Shown one piece after another: positions 14,387 through 26,418 of a stretch of DNA of 64,000 nucleotides. Location: NCBI GenBank assembly GCA_964016885.1, contig OZ024754.1, forward strand, positions 17,050,001 through 17,114,000, given 5' to 3'. Source of the stretch: Eledone cirrhosa (Eukaryota). The stretch's first letter is position 1; every line of letters starts with the position of its first letter. Under the pieces are notes generated by a model. It was given only the letters and a program-made list of their open reading frames with translations, searched no databases and was not told the origin of the DNA. The translations under genes were made by a program, and so were the position numbers.

Positions 14387-14440
14387 TTTTATCTGATGAG
14401 AGCGTACCAAAGTTTTGGTACCCTTGAAATATATATAATA
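14387..14440 (+). ncRNA. Hammerhead ribozyme-like motif (family B)
   Basis: CTGATGA-GAG-cGTACCAAA gt TTTGGTAC-cCTT-GAAA-TATATA. Confidence 0.6.
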
Positions 14441-14602
14441 GAATAAATATGGTTTTATAAATATAGTTTCCATTTATTAATATCATTGATATTATTCTCC
14501 AGAAAACCTGTTATAAATATATATATTTGTTGAATTACCAACAAATTAAATATCCCTTTGCTTATATATATATATATATATATATATATCATATATATAT
14601 AT

Positions 14603-14910
14603 GAAGGCACATGGCTTAGTGGTTAGAGCATTGGCCTTGCAATCAAAAGGTTGTGAGTTCAATTCTCAGACGGGGCGTTGTGTTGTTTCCTCGAGCAAGA
14701 CACTTTATTTCACATTGCTCCAGTTTACTCAGCTGCAAAGTGGTCGTGGAGGTGCCACGGCAAAAAAGCACCCAGCACTCACTGTAAATGAGGTTGGTGT
14801 TAGGAAGGGCATCCATCTGTAGAAATCAAGCCAGAATCAGTTCCCGTCCCACCCTTGCAAGCAGGGAAAAGTGGACGTAAAATGATGATGATGATGATGA
14901 TTATGATGAT
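14603..14910 (+). mobile_element. tRNA-derived SINE family 2 with RTE-like 3' tail; copies at 24124-24450(-), 53506-53845(-), partial 38320-38515(-)
   Basis: A box TGGCTTAGTGG, B box GTTCAATTC, CORE-like GAGCAAGACACTT, then GGTGTTAGGAAGGGCATCC...GGACGTAAAAT(GAT)n. Confidence 0.85.
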
Positions 14911-14991
14911 GATTATATATATATAATATGTATTTATATATATATATATATAATATGTATTTATATATATATATATTTATATATATATATG

Positions 14992-15032
<41 letters not shown>

Positions 15033-15068
15033 AAGTTCTATTTAATATATATATATATAAATACATAT

Positions 15069-15099
<31 letters not shown>

Positions 15100-15769
15100 T
15101 TATATATATATATATATTTATTTACATATATATATTTATATATATACGATATTAAATAAATGGAACGTACATATATATATACATATGTGTATCCATATTT
15201 TTATAAATAGGGTAATTTTTTAAGGTTTTAACTCAGATTTTGGTATATTGACCTCAAGGTTTTAAACTAAACATATGGTCATTATTGAACAATATTATTT
15301 TCTCATATTATATATCTATGTCTCATTCATGAATATTGATATTTACATTTTTATTATTCATTTCATATGAATTGATAATTTAACTTAATATGACATGATG
15401 TAAAGTTGTCACTATATCCTCCCTTCTCTATATAGTACTTCCTCTCTCTTGAGTTTCTCTATCTGTATGATGAATTATTATCTCTCTGTTGCTTTCTTTT
15501 GTCTTTCGTATTTCTTTCTTCTTTCTTTCTTTCTTTTTCATTTCCTCCTATCTATTTTTATATATATCTTCCTTTTCTCTCTCTCCTTTTTTTTTTCTCT
15601 CCCCTTCTTTATCTCCGTTTTTCTTTTCTCTCCGTCTTTTTTCTAACTGTGCTTAACACTACAACTAATAAAATAATTATAAACATCACTATCCAGACAG
15701 CTTCCAAAAGTAATGGTCGCTTCTAATAGGGTACGTCAAAATTATTTATAAAACTGTTTATATATTGTA

Positions 15770-15827
15770 TTTTGTCTGATGAAGGCATACCATATTTTAA
15801 TTTGGTATCCCTGAAATATGTATAATG
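15770..15827 (+). ncRNA. Hammerhead ribozyme-like motif (family B)
   Basis: CTGATGA-AGG-cATACCA..TGGTAT-cCCT-GAAA-TATGTA. Confidence 0.6.
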
Positions 15828-16010
15828 AAATAAATATGGTTTTATAAATATAGTTTCCATTTATTTAATATCGTATATCTACTCCAAAAACTTGTCGAGT
15901 GCTTTATATCAGTTATAAAATATTTACTTGTTGTATCCCAACAATTTTAAATAAAACTTTTGCATATATTTATATATATATGTATTTATATATATATTTA
16001 TATATATATG

Positions 16011-16054
<44 letters not shown>

Positions 16055-16574
16055 GTATATCTGTGTGTGTGTATATATATATGTGTGTGTATATATGTGT
16101 GGGTGTATATATATATATATATATATGTGTATGTATATATGTATGTGGGTGTGTATATATATGTATGTGTATGTATATATGTGTGTGTGTGTGTATATAT
16201 GTGTGTGTGTGTGTGTATATATGTGTGTGTGTCTGTGTGTGTATATGTATATATATCCCTCTTTGTATTACTATCACCCTTAAAACATTTTATAGTGAGG
16301 GTTTTGAAACAATAACACTTTCTCTTGTTTTACCGCTCCATTGTTCCCTCCATAGCAAGCAATATGAAGTATAAAAGAACCTCCTGGCAAGTCTGCTCAA
16401 CTTCTATTTCTCAAACTTCTTATGCTCTCTCTCTCTCTCTAGTTTTTAATACTCTACTTCCCCCTATTTCATCCCACCTTACCTCACTTCACCCTTATGT
16501 TCACTCTCACTCTGTCCTCCTTCTCCTCTCTCTCTCATCTCTCTCTCTACAATTTTTAATACCTACTACCTCAA

Positions 16575-17017
16575 ATCACCCCACCCCATCCAACATCACC
16601 CCCACCTCATCCCACATCACCCCACCCCACCCCACCCCACCCCATCCCACATCACCCCACCCCATCCCACATCACCCCACCCCATCCCACATCACCCCGC
16701 CCCTTCCCACTCCGTCCCCCATCACCCCACCCCATTCCACATCACCCCACCCCATCCCCCATCACCCCACCCCATTCCACATCACCCCACCCCGTCCCAC
16801 ATCACCCCCACCCCATCCCACATCACCCTCACCTCATCCCGCATCACCCCACCCCATCCTGCACCACCCCACCACAGCCCAATCACCCCTCCCCATCCCG
16901 CATCACCCCCCCATCCATCATCACCCCCCATCACCCCACCCTATCCCGCATCACCCCACCCCATCCCACATCACGCCACCCGCCCCACATCACCCCACCC
17001 CATCCCGCATCACCACC
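16575..17017. repeat. C-rich (CACCC/CATCC) minisatellite with G-runs on the - strand
   Basis: Repeated catcaccccaccccatccca units. Confidence 0.9.
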
Positions 17018-17426
17018 TGAAGCCATTCCATGTCTCTTACACTTACCACTGCATTTAAATAAAATATGTCACACAATATAAATCTAATTTCCCCTCTTCT
17101 TTCTAATGAAATGAAAAAGAAAATGGAGTGGGGTCTTCTGTCAGGTCTGTTAGAAGAAAATTATTAAAGTTGTCTTCAGGGTTATGTAGTAGTTAATACA
17201 ACAGGTACACGGGTGCTTTCTAATATGGAGATTACTGATTCCTTGTTCAGTCTGCTGTGGTTAATTCAACATTCACCAATTTGATGATCTATAAAATACA
17301 TACCAGTAATATCAATGAACTGAGTAGCCTAGCTAAACAAAAGTGTGTGAGCGGTGTGTATATACACACACTTACACACACACACATATGTATATATATA
17401 TGTATATATATATGTATATATATATG

Positions 17427-17515
<89 letters not shown>

Positions 17516-17520
17516 ATATG

Positions 17521-17552
<32 letters not shown>

Positions 17553-17554
<2 letters not shown>

Positions 17555-17640
17555 ATAGGAGTAAGTAAGACCCCGACGGCTGAGCTCAAGCCGTTTCGAC
17601 GGCTTGAGCTCAGCTGTCGGGGTCTTACTTACTCCTATTA
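17553..17640. other. 42-bp near-perfect inverted repeat with TTCG loop, inside a ~165-bp island flanked by (TA)n
   Basis: Arms 17553-17594 and 17599-17640 with one G-T pair; loop 17595-17598. Confidence 0.9.
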
Positions 17641-17715
17641 CCCACTCTACTACCCTAAGTATTGAGTACTTTGGTGCGTTATGGTCCAGCTGGTTCCTTA
17701 CCACTTTTCCCTCGC

Positions 17716-17762
<47 letters not shown>

Positions 17763-17913
17763 GTATATATATATATGTATATATATATATGTATATATAT
17801 ATGTATATATATATGTATATATATATGAATATGTATATATATATGTATATATATATGTATATATATATATGAATATGTATATATATATGTATATGAATAT
17901 GTACATGAATATG

Positions 17914-17944
<31 letters not shown>

Positions 17945-18033
17945 ATATATATGTATATATATATATGTATATATATATGAATATGTATATTCATATGTAT
18001 ATGAATATGTATATGAATATATATATGAATATG

Positions 18034-18088
<55 letters not shown>

Positions 18089-18095
18089 GTATATC

Positions 18096-18144
<49 letters not shown>

Positions 18145-18155
18145 GTATATATATG

Positions 18156-18187
<32 letters not shown>

Positions 18188-18240
18188 TATACATATATAT
18201 ATGTATATATATGTATATATATATGTATATATGTATGTAC

Positions 18241-18309
<69 letters not shown>

Positions 18310-18371
18310 TATATGTATATATATGTATATATATATGTATATATGTGTATATATATATGTATATATGTATG

Positions 18372-18429
<58 letters not shown>

Positions 18430-19626
18430 TCTGTGTCAATGAATAAAATTGTTAATAAATCAATTAATACCTTGATGCTTTCAGATTCTGAAATAATTTT
18501 AATGTATGTTTTCTGTTGAAATATTCATGGTTGTGGATGATTAATATTATTTTGTTTATTGATTTTATATTTTCCACTCATCTTGAAAGCATTTCTCATG
18601 AATAAACTATTGATTTCACTATGTTAAAAAAAGTAATGTATTATATTTTTTGTACGGAGTGATGTCTTAATATATGAAAATCATAATGGATTTAAATTCA
18701 GTGGTTATAATTCTCGATTTATTTTTGTGAGGTTTTTTCTTATGTAATATCTGCAAGCAAATATTAATGTGTTTCATTGAGGTACTGAGCCCAGTTTTAG
18801 TAAGGGAAATAAAGTGTTCTACCACCATATTCCATCATCTAGTTGTGTTTGATCCACTGCTGGATGAAGCCCCAGCAATTGTTTGGAACCTTGTCACTGA
18901 CTTGCTATAAGTGACTAAGTCACAAATACAGTGACAAAAATGGTAACACCTGTTGCTAATTTATTTTTGAATGGCTAAATTGACTCTTCCACAATGTAAT
19001 TGCTTTGGTTTCAACACAGTCTCAGATCAAGTCACTTGCCAGACAAGTACATCTGTGGTTAAAATGATTATTCTATGATGTATGTGTTTTACTTTCAACA
19101 TAGTCTTGTTGCTCCATTTTTGGCTTGGGTGCTTTTCATTGTAGCACCAGCACTACTGCCTTACAGTATACACTGTGTACTTTGCATTGTGGTGCTAGCC
19201 CTACTATGTTACAGTGTATTTTTACCATAGCACGAGAGATGTAATTATTAAATTGTAATGCTGCTATTATTTTTTATGGATTGGCAGTATCGGTAGAGGG
19301 TCGGACGCCATGCTTTGCAGCACAGTTACGTCCCTTTATGGACTAAGTTCAAATCCCGCCGAGGTTAACTTTGCCTTTCATCCTTACGGGGTCGATAAAA
19401 TAAAGTACCAGTAACACACTGGGATAATTGCTGGCCTTGTGCCAAAAGTAGAAACAATTATTTTGTATGTTTAAAAGAAAAAGACCAACCTAAATGAAAT
19501 GCTAAATGTTTGAATTTAATTTTTTTTTTTCACCTTGAAAGAAAAAATGGAAATGTTTGCATTTATTTATTTATTGATTATTTGGCTAAAATGGCCCTAA
19601 TTTTTTTATTTATTTTATTTTTCTAG

Positions 19627-19843
19627 TATGTGCGTCTGAGCAGTTTTGACAGTAAAGTAGAACACATTTTGGAACTGTTACAAAAATTTTGGGGGCTTGA
19701 CTTGCCTAAACTGCTGATCACTGTCCATGGTGGAATATTAAACTTTGATCTCCAGCCCAAACTGAAACGTGTTTTCCGGAAAGGCCTTCTGAAAGCTGCC
19801 AAAACAACAGGTGCCTGGATCGTAACAGGAGGAACCAATACTG
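19627..19843 (+). CDS. TRPM: TRPM-family channel (TRPM1/3/6/7-like), first internal exon in window (YVRLSSFD...[11 protein letters not shown])
   Basis: Acceptor ttctag|TAT and donor G|gtatgt. Translation [42 protein letters not shown] matches the TRPM MHR1/2 (SLOG-like) motif as recalled from TRPM3. 217 nt, ends in phase 1. Confidence 0.95.
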
Positions 19844-20684
19844 GTATGTTTTACTATTAACTGTTTTCAAGTATTGTAGTGAATATACAAGCATTGTGAG
19901 ATATGTAATAAAAGACCGATAAGTTTCAAAAAGCCAGTATAATGTAGAAAAATACAAAGGACAAATAAAACAAAACAAAGTAATGTTTTACCCAGTGTAT
20001 TTAACAAGTACCAGTCTACTACACGGATCAATTCTTCTTCTATATCTCTGTCTCACTTCCATTCTCTCGCTCACTCTATCTTCCCCTGTTAGAAATCTGC
20101 TGTATTCAGACCTGGAGAGGATTAGATTCTGCCAGGTTTAAAAATACCCTAGAAACGCTGTATGTAGATACAGCAGCCCTACAACTCCTTCAAGAGTTAG
20201 GGGACCATGCATGCTCTTTGCCCAAATGTATATACTATATATTTCAATACATTTCTGTATTCTATTTCTACACAGATTATTATTTATATATTGAAACTGA
20301 AGCTTCTATTTTTATTTTCTATAAGCACCATCAATTTTTTAATACTATTAAATTGTTTTATGAGTTCTTTTTTGTTGTTTAGGTTTTGTTTTTCAAATAA
20401 TTTTGACATTTCATCAGCATTTTATCCATAAAGTAAATAATGTCAAAAAAAAAATTATATATATATATATATTTATTTATATAATTATGTATATATATAT
20501 ATAATTATGTATATATATATATAATGTGTATATATATAAATATATAATGTGTATATGTATATATACATAATATATAAATATATACATAATATATAAATAT
20601 ATAATGTATATATACATAATTATATATAATTAAGTATATATATAATGTGTATATATAAATATATAATGTATATATAAATATATA

Positions 20685-21077
20685 AGAAGACCTGGGATGA
20701 GATGATAAAAGCCGACCTTACCCAATTACACCTCTCAAAGACGATGACACATGACCGTGACCTCTGGCGTCACGCAGTAATACAGAGTACCCGACCTCCC
20801 ATGGGTACAAGCCGAAGCTGAAGCATATAGACAATATGCCCCACACCCTCCCACTGCAAAGTGGTCGTGGAGGTGCCACGGCAAAAAAGCACCCATCACT
20901 CACTGGAAATGAGGTTGGTGTTAGGAAGGGCATCCAGCTGTAGAAATCAAGCCAAAATCAGTTCCCGTATGAGCAAGACAAGGTCAACCGACCAGACACT
21001 GCCCACAACAGGACAACACGTCTAACCCATGCTAGCGGGGAAGAACGAACGTAAAATGGTGATGATGATGATGATGA
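20685..21077 (+). mobile_element. 3' fragment of an RTE-clade LINE (C-terminus + 3' UTR + (GAT)n tail)
   Basis: Reads KTWDEMIKADL...DRDLWRHAV, followed by the same 3' segment as SINE family 2 and ACGTAAAAT..(GAT)n. Confidence 0.7.
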
Positions 21078-21099
21078 TATAATGTATATATGTATATCA

Positions 21100-23256
21100 T
21101 CATTATCATCATCATTAACGTCTATCTTCCACGCTAGCATAGGTTTAGATGGGGATTCTCCCACATGAGGCAAGATTGGTTGTCTTGCTCATATAGGACT
21201 GTCAGGCGGGTTTTCTACGGCTGGATGTCCTTCCTAACACCAACCACGTTTACAGTGTGGACTGGGAGGTTTTTACCGTGTTACCTAGACGGCCACATTA
21301 CAGTGTGGACTGTGTTTTTTTTTGTCGTGACTCCTAAAAGACCTTATATATTTAGGACTGGATGTTGTGGCACCAACATAACTTTACAGAGAAAGGGGTG
21401 GTGTTGATGGGGGTAGGGGTAGTGGGATGGGGGTGTATTTTTGGTTAGGAGGTGCCTATTGACTAGGTTTTGCTTTGTACTTAGGCCAGGCGGGTTTTCT
21501 GTATTACTACGTGGCGCCAAAGATCTCGGTCCAGTGGCATTGTCTTGGAGAGGTGTAAGTGTGTAATGTCGGAATTTATCAAATCGTCCCAGGTTTTTCT
21601 GGGTCTGCCTACTCCATAACTTCCATCTATTTTGATCGCCCTGCATTTTTTTTATACAGCTGTCGTCTTTCATGCGCATCACGTTACCATACCAACGCAG
21701 TCTTCTCATGAGTAAACAGCATCTGATCCCTCTTATTCCTAATTTCTCACTTAGTTCATTTATGTTTTGCCATTCATGTATATTACTATTACACATCCAA
21801 CGGAGCATGCAAGCTTCGTTCCTCTCCAGTCTGCGCAGATCCTCTGCACACAATGCCCATGTCTCACTGCCATGTAGCATTGCTGTTCGTATACAGGCAT
21901 CATACAGTCTGCCTTTCATTTTTAGAGAGAAACCTTTAGCAGCCAATAGTGGTATAAGCTCTCTGAACTTTTCCCATCCTGTTCTGACTAGCTACTGTAC
22001 TTTCAGAGCACCCTCCACCACTGCTGATTTTGTCACCCAGGTAACGGAAGGTGTCCACTATTTCTATAGAACCATCTGGGAAATGGAAGGAGCTAGTATC
22101 CTGAGAGCACTTGCTACTAATTATTGCACCTCAGCACTGGCCACATATAAAATCTATGTTCTTAGTTAGTTTACCTGTGATCCCACTACATCTTTTATGC
22201 ACCCATACTTTGCATTTGGGACATAAAATGGAGTTTCTGCCTACTCCTTTCATACACACTGAGCATGGCCAATTCCCAGAGGGGACCTGTGCCCTATTTT
22301 CCTTCCTACATACTAGAACTTTAGTCTTAGACAAGTTAATTTTAAGGCCTTTTGATTCTAGGCCATGCTTCCAAGTTTGGAATTTCTTCTCTAGTTCAGC
22401 CACTGATTCAGCTATGAGCATTAGGTCATCTGCGTATAGAATTTTCCATGGGCAGCTGGTCTTGAACTCCTCTATTATAGCCTGAAGGGCAATAATAAAT
22501 AGGAGGGGGCTAAGGACAGGGCCCTGATGAACACTGACTTTTGCACTAAATTCTTCACTATATTCGTTGTTAATTCTAACCTTGCTGACTGTTTCTTTAT
22601 ACATGGCTTGTATGGCTCTCACGAGTCATTCATCAACACCTAGTTTTCTAAGAGCCCACCAAATAATGGAGTGAGGGACTCTGTCAAAGGCTTTCTCTAA
22701 GTCAACAAAACTAAGTATAGGGGTTTACTTTTAGCTAGGTACTTCTGTAGTTGTCATACAAGGAAAAGAGCGTCTGTGGTACTTTTACAAACCGAAACCC
22801 AAACTGCATTTCATCTAGATCAATTCGCTCTCTGATTAGTTGCGCTATAGCTTTTTCTGTGATCTTCATCACCTGGTCAATTAATTTAATGCCTCTATAG
22901 TTTCCCCTATCTAGGGCATCTCCTTTACCCCTGTAGCAGTTAATGATGATGATGCTACACCAGTCATTTGGTATGACTCCATTCTGTATGACTTGGTTTA
23001 CTATCCGGGAGACCATAGTGTGTCCCACCGATCCAGATGCTTTCAGCATTTCAGCAACTATCTCCGAAGGCCCAGCTGCTTTGCCTGTTATCATATGTTT
23101 GATTGCCTTACTTATTATAATACCTTCAACTTGCACTGCTGGTCCCTCTATTGGATCGATTTGGGGCAGACTATCTTTTCCCCACTTATTCTCCTCATTT
23201 AGTAGCCTCTCATAGTGACACTTCCAAGCTACCTTCTTATCAGTATCAGTGATTGC
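21100..23256 (-). mobile_element. 5'-truncated, frameshifted RTE-clade LINE (reverse transcriptase with embedded PHD-like finger)
   Basis: ORF pieces GKAAGPSEI..EMLK, PNDW, KGD..DRGNYRGIKL, QFGF, QG.VLSPLLF, LYADDL, C..C...C..C..WVH..C...C..C and RLRWYG.VMR; 3' (GAT)n tail. Confidence 0.9.
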
Positions 23257-23800
23257 AAATGACAGAGGTTATTGAAATCAACAATAATTAAATATATACA
23301 AACATTCATCCATATACATACATATATTTAATTAGTGGTGATTTCAATAACCTCTGTCATTTTCGTTCTACTAATTTATTTACATTATTCTTAACTCTGA
23401 AGCTGAGAATCATTTGGTTTCCTAAATAGAATATTAGTCTACGACTTCATTTATACCATAAACGTGGTTTTGTCTTTGTGTGTAAGTGTTCTCAGCGCTC
23501 CACATAATGACGTATTATCTTCGCTATTTTCCGTTCATTGCCAGGGAACGTCTTAAACGTACCAAAGTATCGGTTGCAACGTTTTTTGAAATATTTAATT
23601 CTGCGTTCACAGATTAATTTTTTTAGTTTCAGAAGATCCCGTTAAGAGTGAAAGCAGCGATTCTTTGCTTAAACTTTAATCTGTTATTTTAATAAATATT
23701 TGCTCTAGGGTTCTTATATATTTGATATATATTTATCCTTATCGAGCCCTCTTTGGATTTTAGTCTTCAAATTTATTATTATTACTATATATATAATTAT
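23257..23800 (+). mobile_element. Solo 3' fragment related to the Penelope-like element at 1-1856, beginning with a fold-back (23257-23362)
   Basis: 23434-23553 matches the reverse complement of the units at 1-117 and 140-256. Inverted repeat aaatgacagaggttattgaaatca / tgatttcaataacctctgtcattt. Ends in TA-rich sequence. Confidence 0.55.
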
Positions 23801-24070
23801 ATATATGTATATATATAATGTATATATATGTATATATATAATGTATATATATATATATATATAATTGTTTCTACTTTTGGCACAAGGCCAGCAATTATCC
23901 CAGTGCATTACTGGTACTTTATTTTATCGACCCCGTAAGGATGAAAAGCAAAGTTAACCTAGGCGGGATTTGAACTCAGAATGGCAAGGGCCGTAACTCT
24001 ATGCATCAAAGCATGGCGTCCAACCCTCTACCAATACTGCCAATTCACCGCCCTATATATATAATGTGTA

Positions 24071-25541
24071 CCGTATATACTTGCATACAGGTCGCACTTT
24101 TTTAACGATAAGATAGAGAGATACATTTTACGTGCACTTTTCCCTGCTTGAAAGGGTGGGACATGAACTGATTCTGGCTTGATTTCTACAGCTGGATGCC
24201 CTTCCTAACACCAACCTCATTTACAGTGAGTGCTGGGTGCTTTTTTTTTCCATGTCGCCTACATGACCACTTTGCAGTGGAATGATATGGACCCCAGTCC
24301 CTATCATCTCATTTCTACAGCTGAGTAAACTGGAGCAATGTGAAATAAAGTGTCTTGCTCAAGGAAACAATACATCACCCGGTCTGAGAATTGAACTCAC
24401 AACCTTTCGATTGCAAGATCAATGCTCTAACCACTAAGCCATGTGCCTCCAATAAGTATAAATTTTTGGGGTGCGATTTATCCGATCGACATCAGACTGA
24501 CCAATGATTTTTCATAGACTTAATCAACGATGGGTATTTATAAAAATAACTTTGTTAATATTTTTTATTATTTAACATAATAATTTCATACCTTCTTATA
24601 CATATATTTCTTGATTTTAAATTTTTTACTAAAACTTCGTAGTGTTTACGTTTTTTTTCTAGCTGACCAATCCATCCGTCATTAAAATCCATAGAAATGC
24701 ATACCCGGTATTTAAAATGTGATTTCATTGTCTTAGTGTTGCTATGAACACGTATTTTGTAAAATTTGTGTTAAAGGAAAGAAATATGTTTGATTTTGCC
24801 ATGGAGAATATAGCCAACATGAATGAAACACCCATGTACTTTGACATGCCAGGCAACACAACTGTGGATAGCAACAAAACTGTTACAGTAAAAACCACAG
24901 GTCATGAAAAACAACATTTTACTGTTGTTCTAGCATGCCAGGCTGATGGAAAAAAACTTCACCCTATGGTTATTTTCAAAAAGAAAATTATGCCGAAAGA
25001 GAATTTTCCAAGCAATGTAATATTTTCAATGGTGTCCGTCAGGTCTTCGCTTTCACTTTCAAAGTAACTATCATCGTCAAAAATAAATATGTCTTATTCA
25101 TTTGAAGATAAATCACTAATATTTTTCATTTCGAATGTCGTCACATGTAAAACCTTCAAAGTCGGTATTCGCTACTTTGGGAAGCCAAAATCTGTTATAC
25201 TTTCAATGTTAAAAATCACGTGTTATTTCAAGTTGTTTCACTATATTAAGAGTTAATTTTCGCGCTTAAAGGCTTTATCTCGCAGTAATCTCGAACTGAC
25301 GAGATTTCGATGACGTTAATGTTTATTTTATAAATAAAAAATGGTTTGGGGTATATATCGCAACGGCGAAGTAATGGACAGCTAACAGATTATTAGTTTC
25401 AATTATCATAAACAATAGTAGTTTGACGGCCCAAGTTTCAGTGCGACCTATCTGTGAGTCAATGGCAAATAGCCTATTTGTTAAATGAAAAATGGGTATG
25501 CGACCTATCTGCCGGGGTGACCTATACACGAGTATATATGG
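24071..25541 (+). mobile_element. Internally deleted Tc2/pogo-like DNA transposon with DDE_1 fragment (24744-25030) and a nested SINE
   Basis: TA|CCGTATATACTTGCATACAGGTC ... GACCTATACACGAGTATATATGG|TA imperfect TIRs. Peptide NMNETP.YFDMP..TV...KTTGHEK..FTV.LAC.ADG.KL.P.VIFK is typical of pogo/POGK-like transposases. Confidence 0.8.
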
Positions 25542-26352
25542 TATGTATATATATAATCATCATCATCATCATCATCATCGTTTAACGTCCACCTTCCACG
25601 CTTGCATGGATTTGGACGGGAATTTTCCCACTTGAGGCAAGATTGGTTGTCTTGCTCGTATAGGACCGTCTGGCAGGTTTTCTACGGCTGGATGCCCTTC
25701 CAACCACGTTTACAGTGTGGATATAATGTGTATATATATATATATATATATAATTGTTTCTACTTTTGGCACAAGGCCAGCAATTACCCAGTCTATTACT
25801 GGTACTTTATCGACCCCCATAAGGATGAATGGCAAAGTTAACCTCGGTGGGATTTGAACTCAGAATGGCAAGGGCCGTAACTCTATGCGTCAAAGCATGG
25901 CGTCCGACCCTCTACCGATACTGCCAATCCACCAATGTATATATATATAATATATATATGTATATATATAATGTATATATATGTATATATATAATGTATA
26001 TATATAATGTATGTATATATATATATATATAATTGTTTCTACTTTAGGCACAAGGCCAGCAATTACCCAGTGCATTACTGGTACTTTATTTTATCGACCC
26101 CGTAAGGATGAAAGGCAAAGTCAACCTCGGCGGGATTTGAACTCTGATCGTAAAGGGACGTAAATATGCTGGAAAGCATGGCGTCCGACCCTCTACCGAT
26201 ACTGCCAATCCACCGCCCTATATATATATATATAATGTATATATATATATATATATATAATGTATATATATATATATATAATGTATATATATATATGTAT
26301 ATATATAATTATATATAATGTATATATATGTATATATATAATTATATATATG

Positions 26353-26385
<33 letters not shown>

Positions 26386-26418
26386 GTATATATATAATTG
26401 TATATGCATATATATATC

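Noticed and set aside
16325-17020. 231-aa Pro/His-rich extensin-like ORF
   Set aside because: Translation of the CACCC minisatellite.
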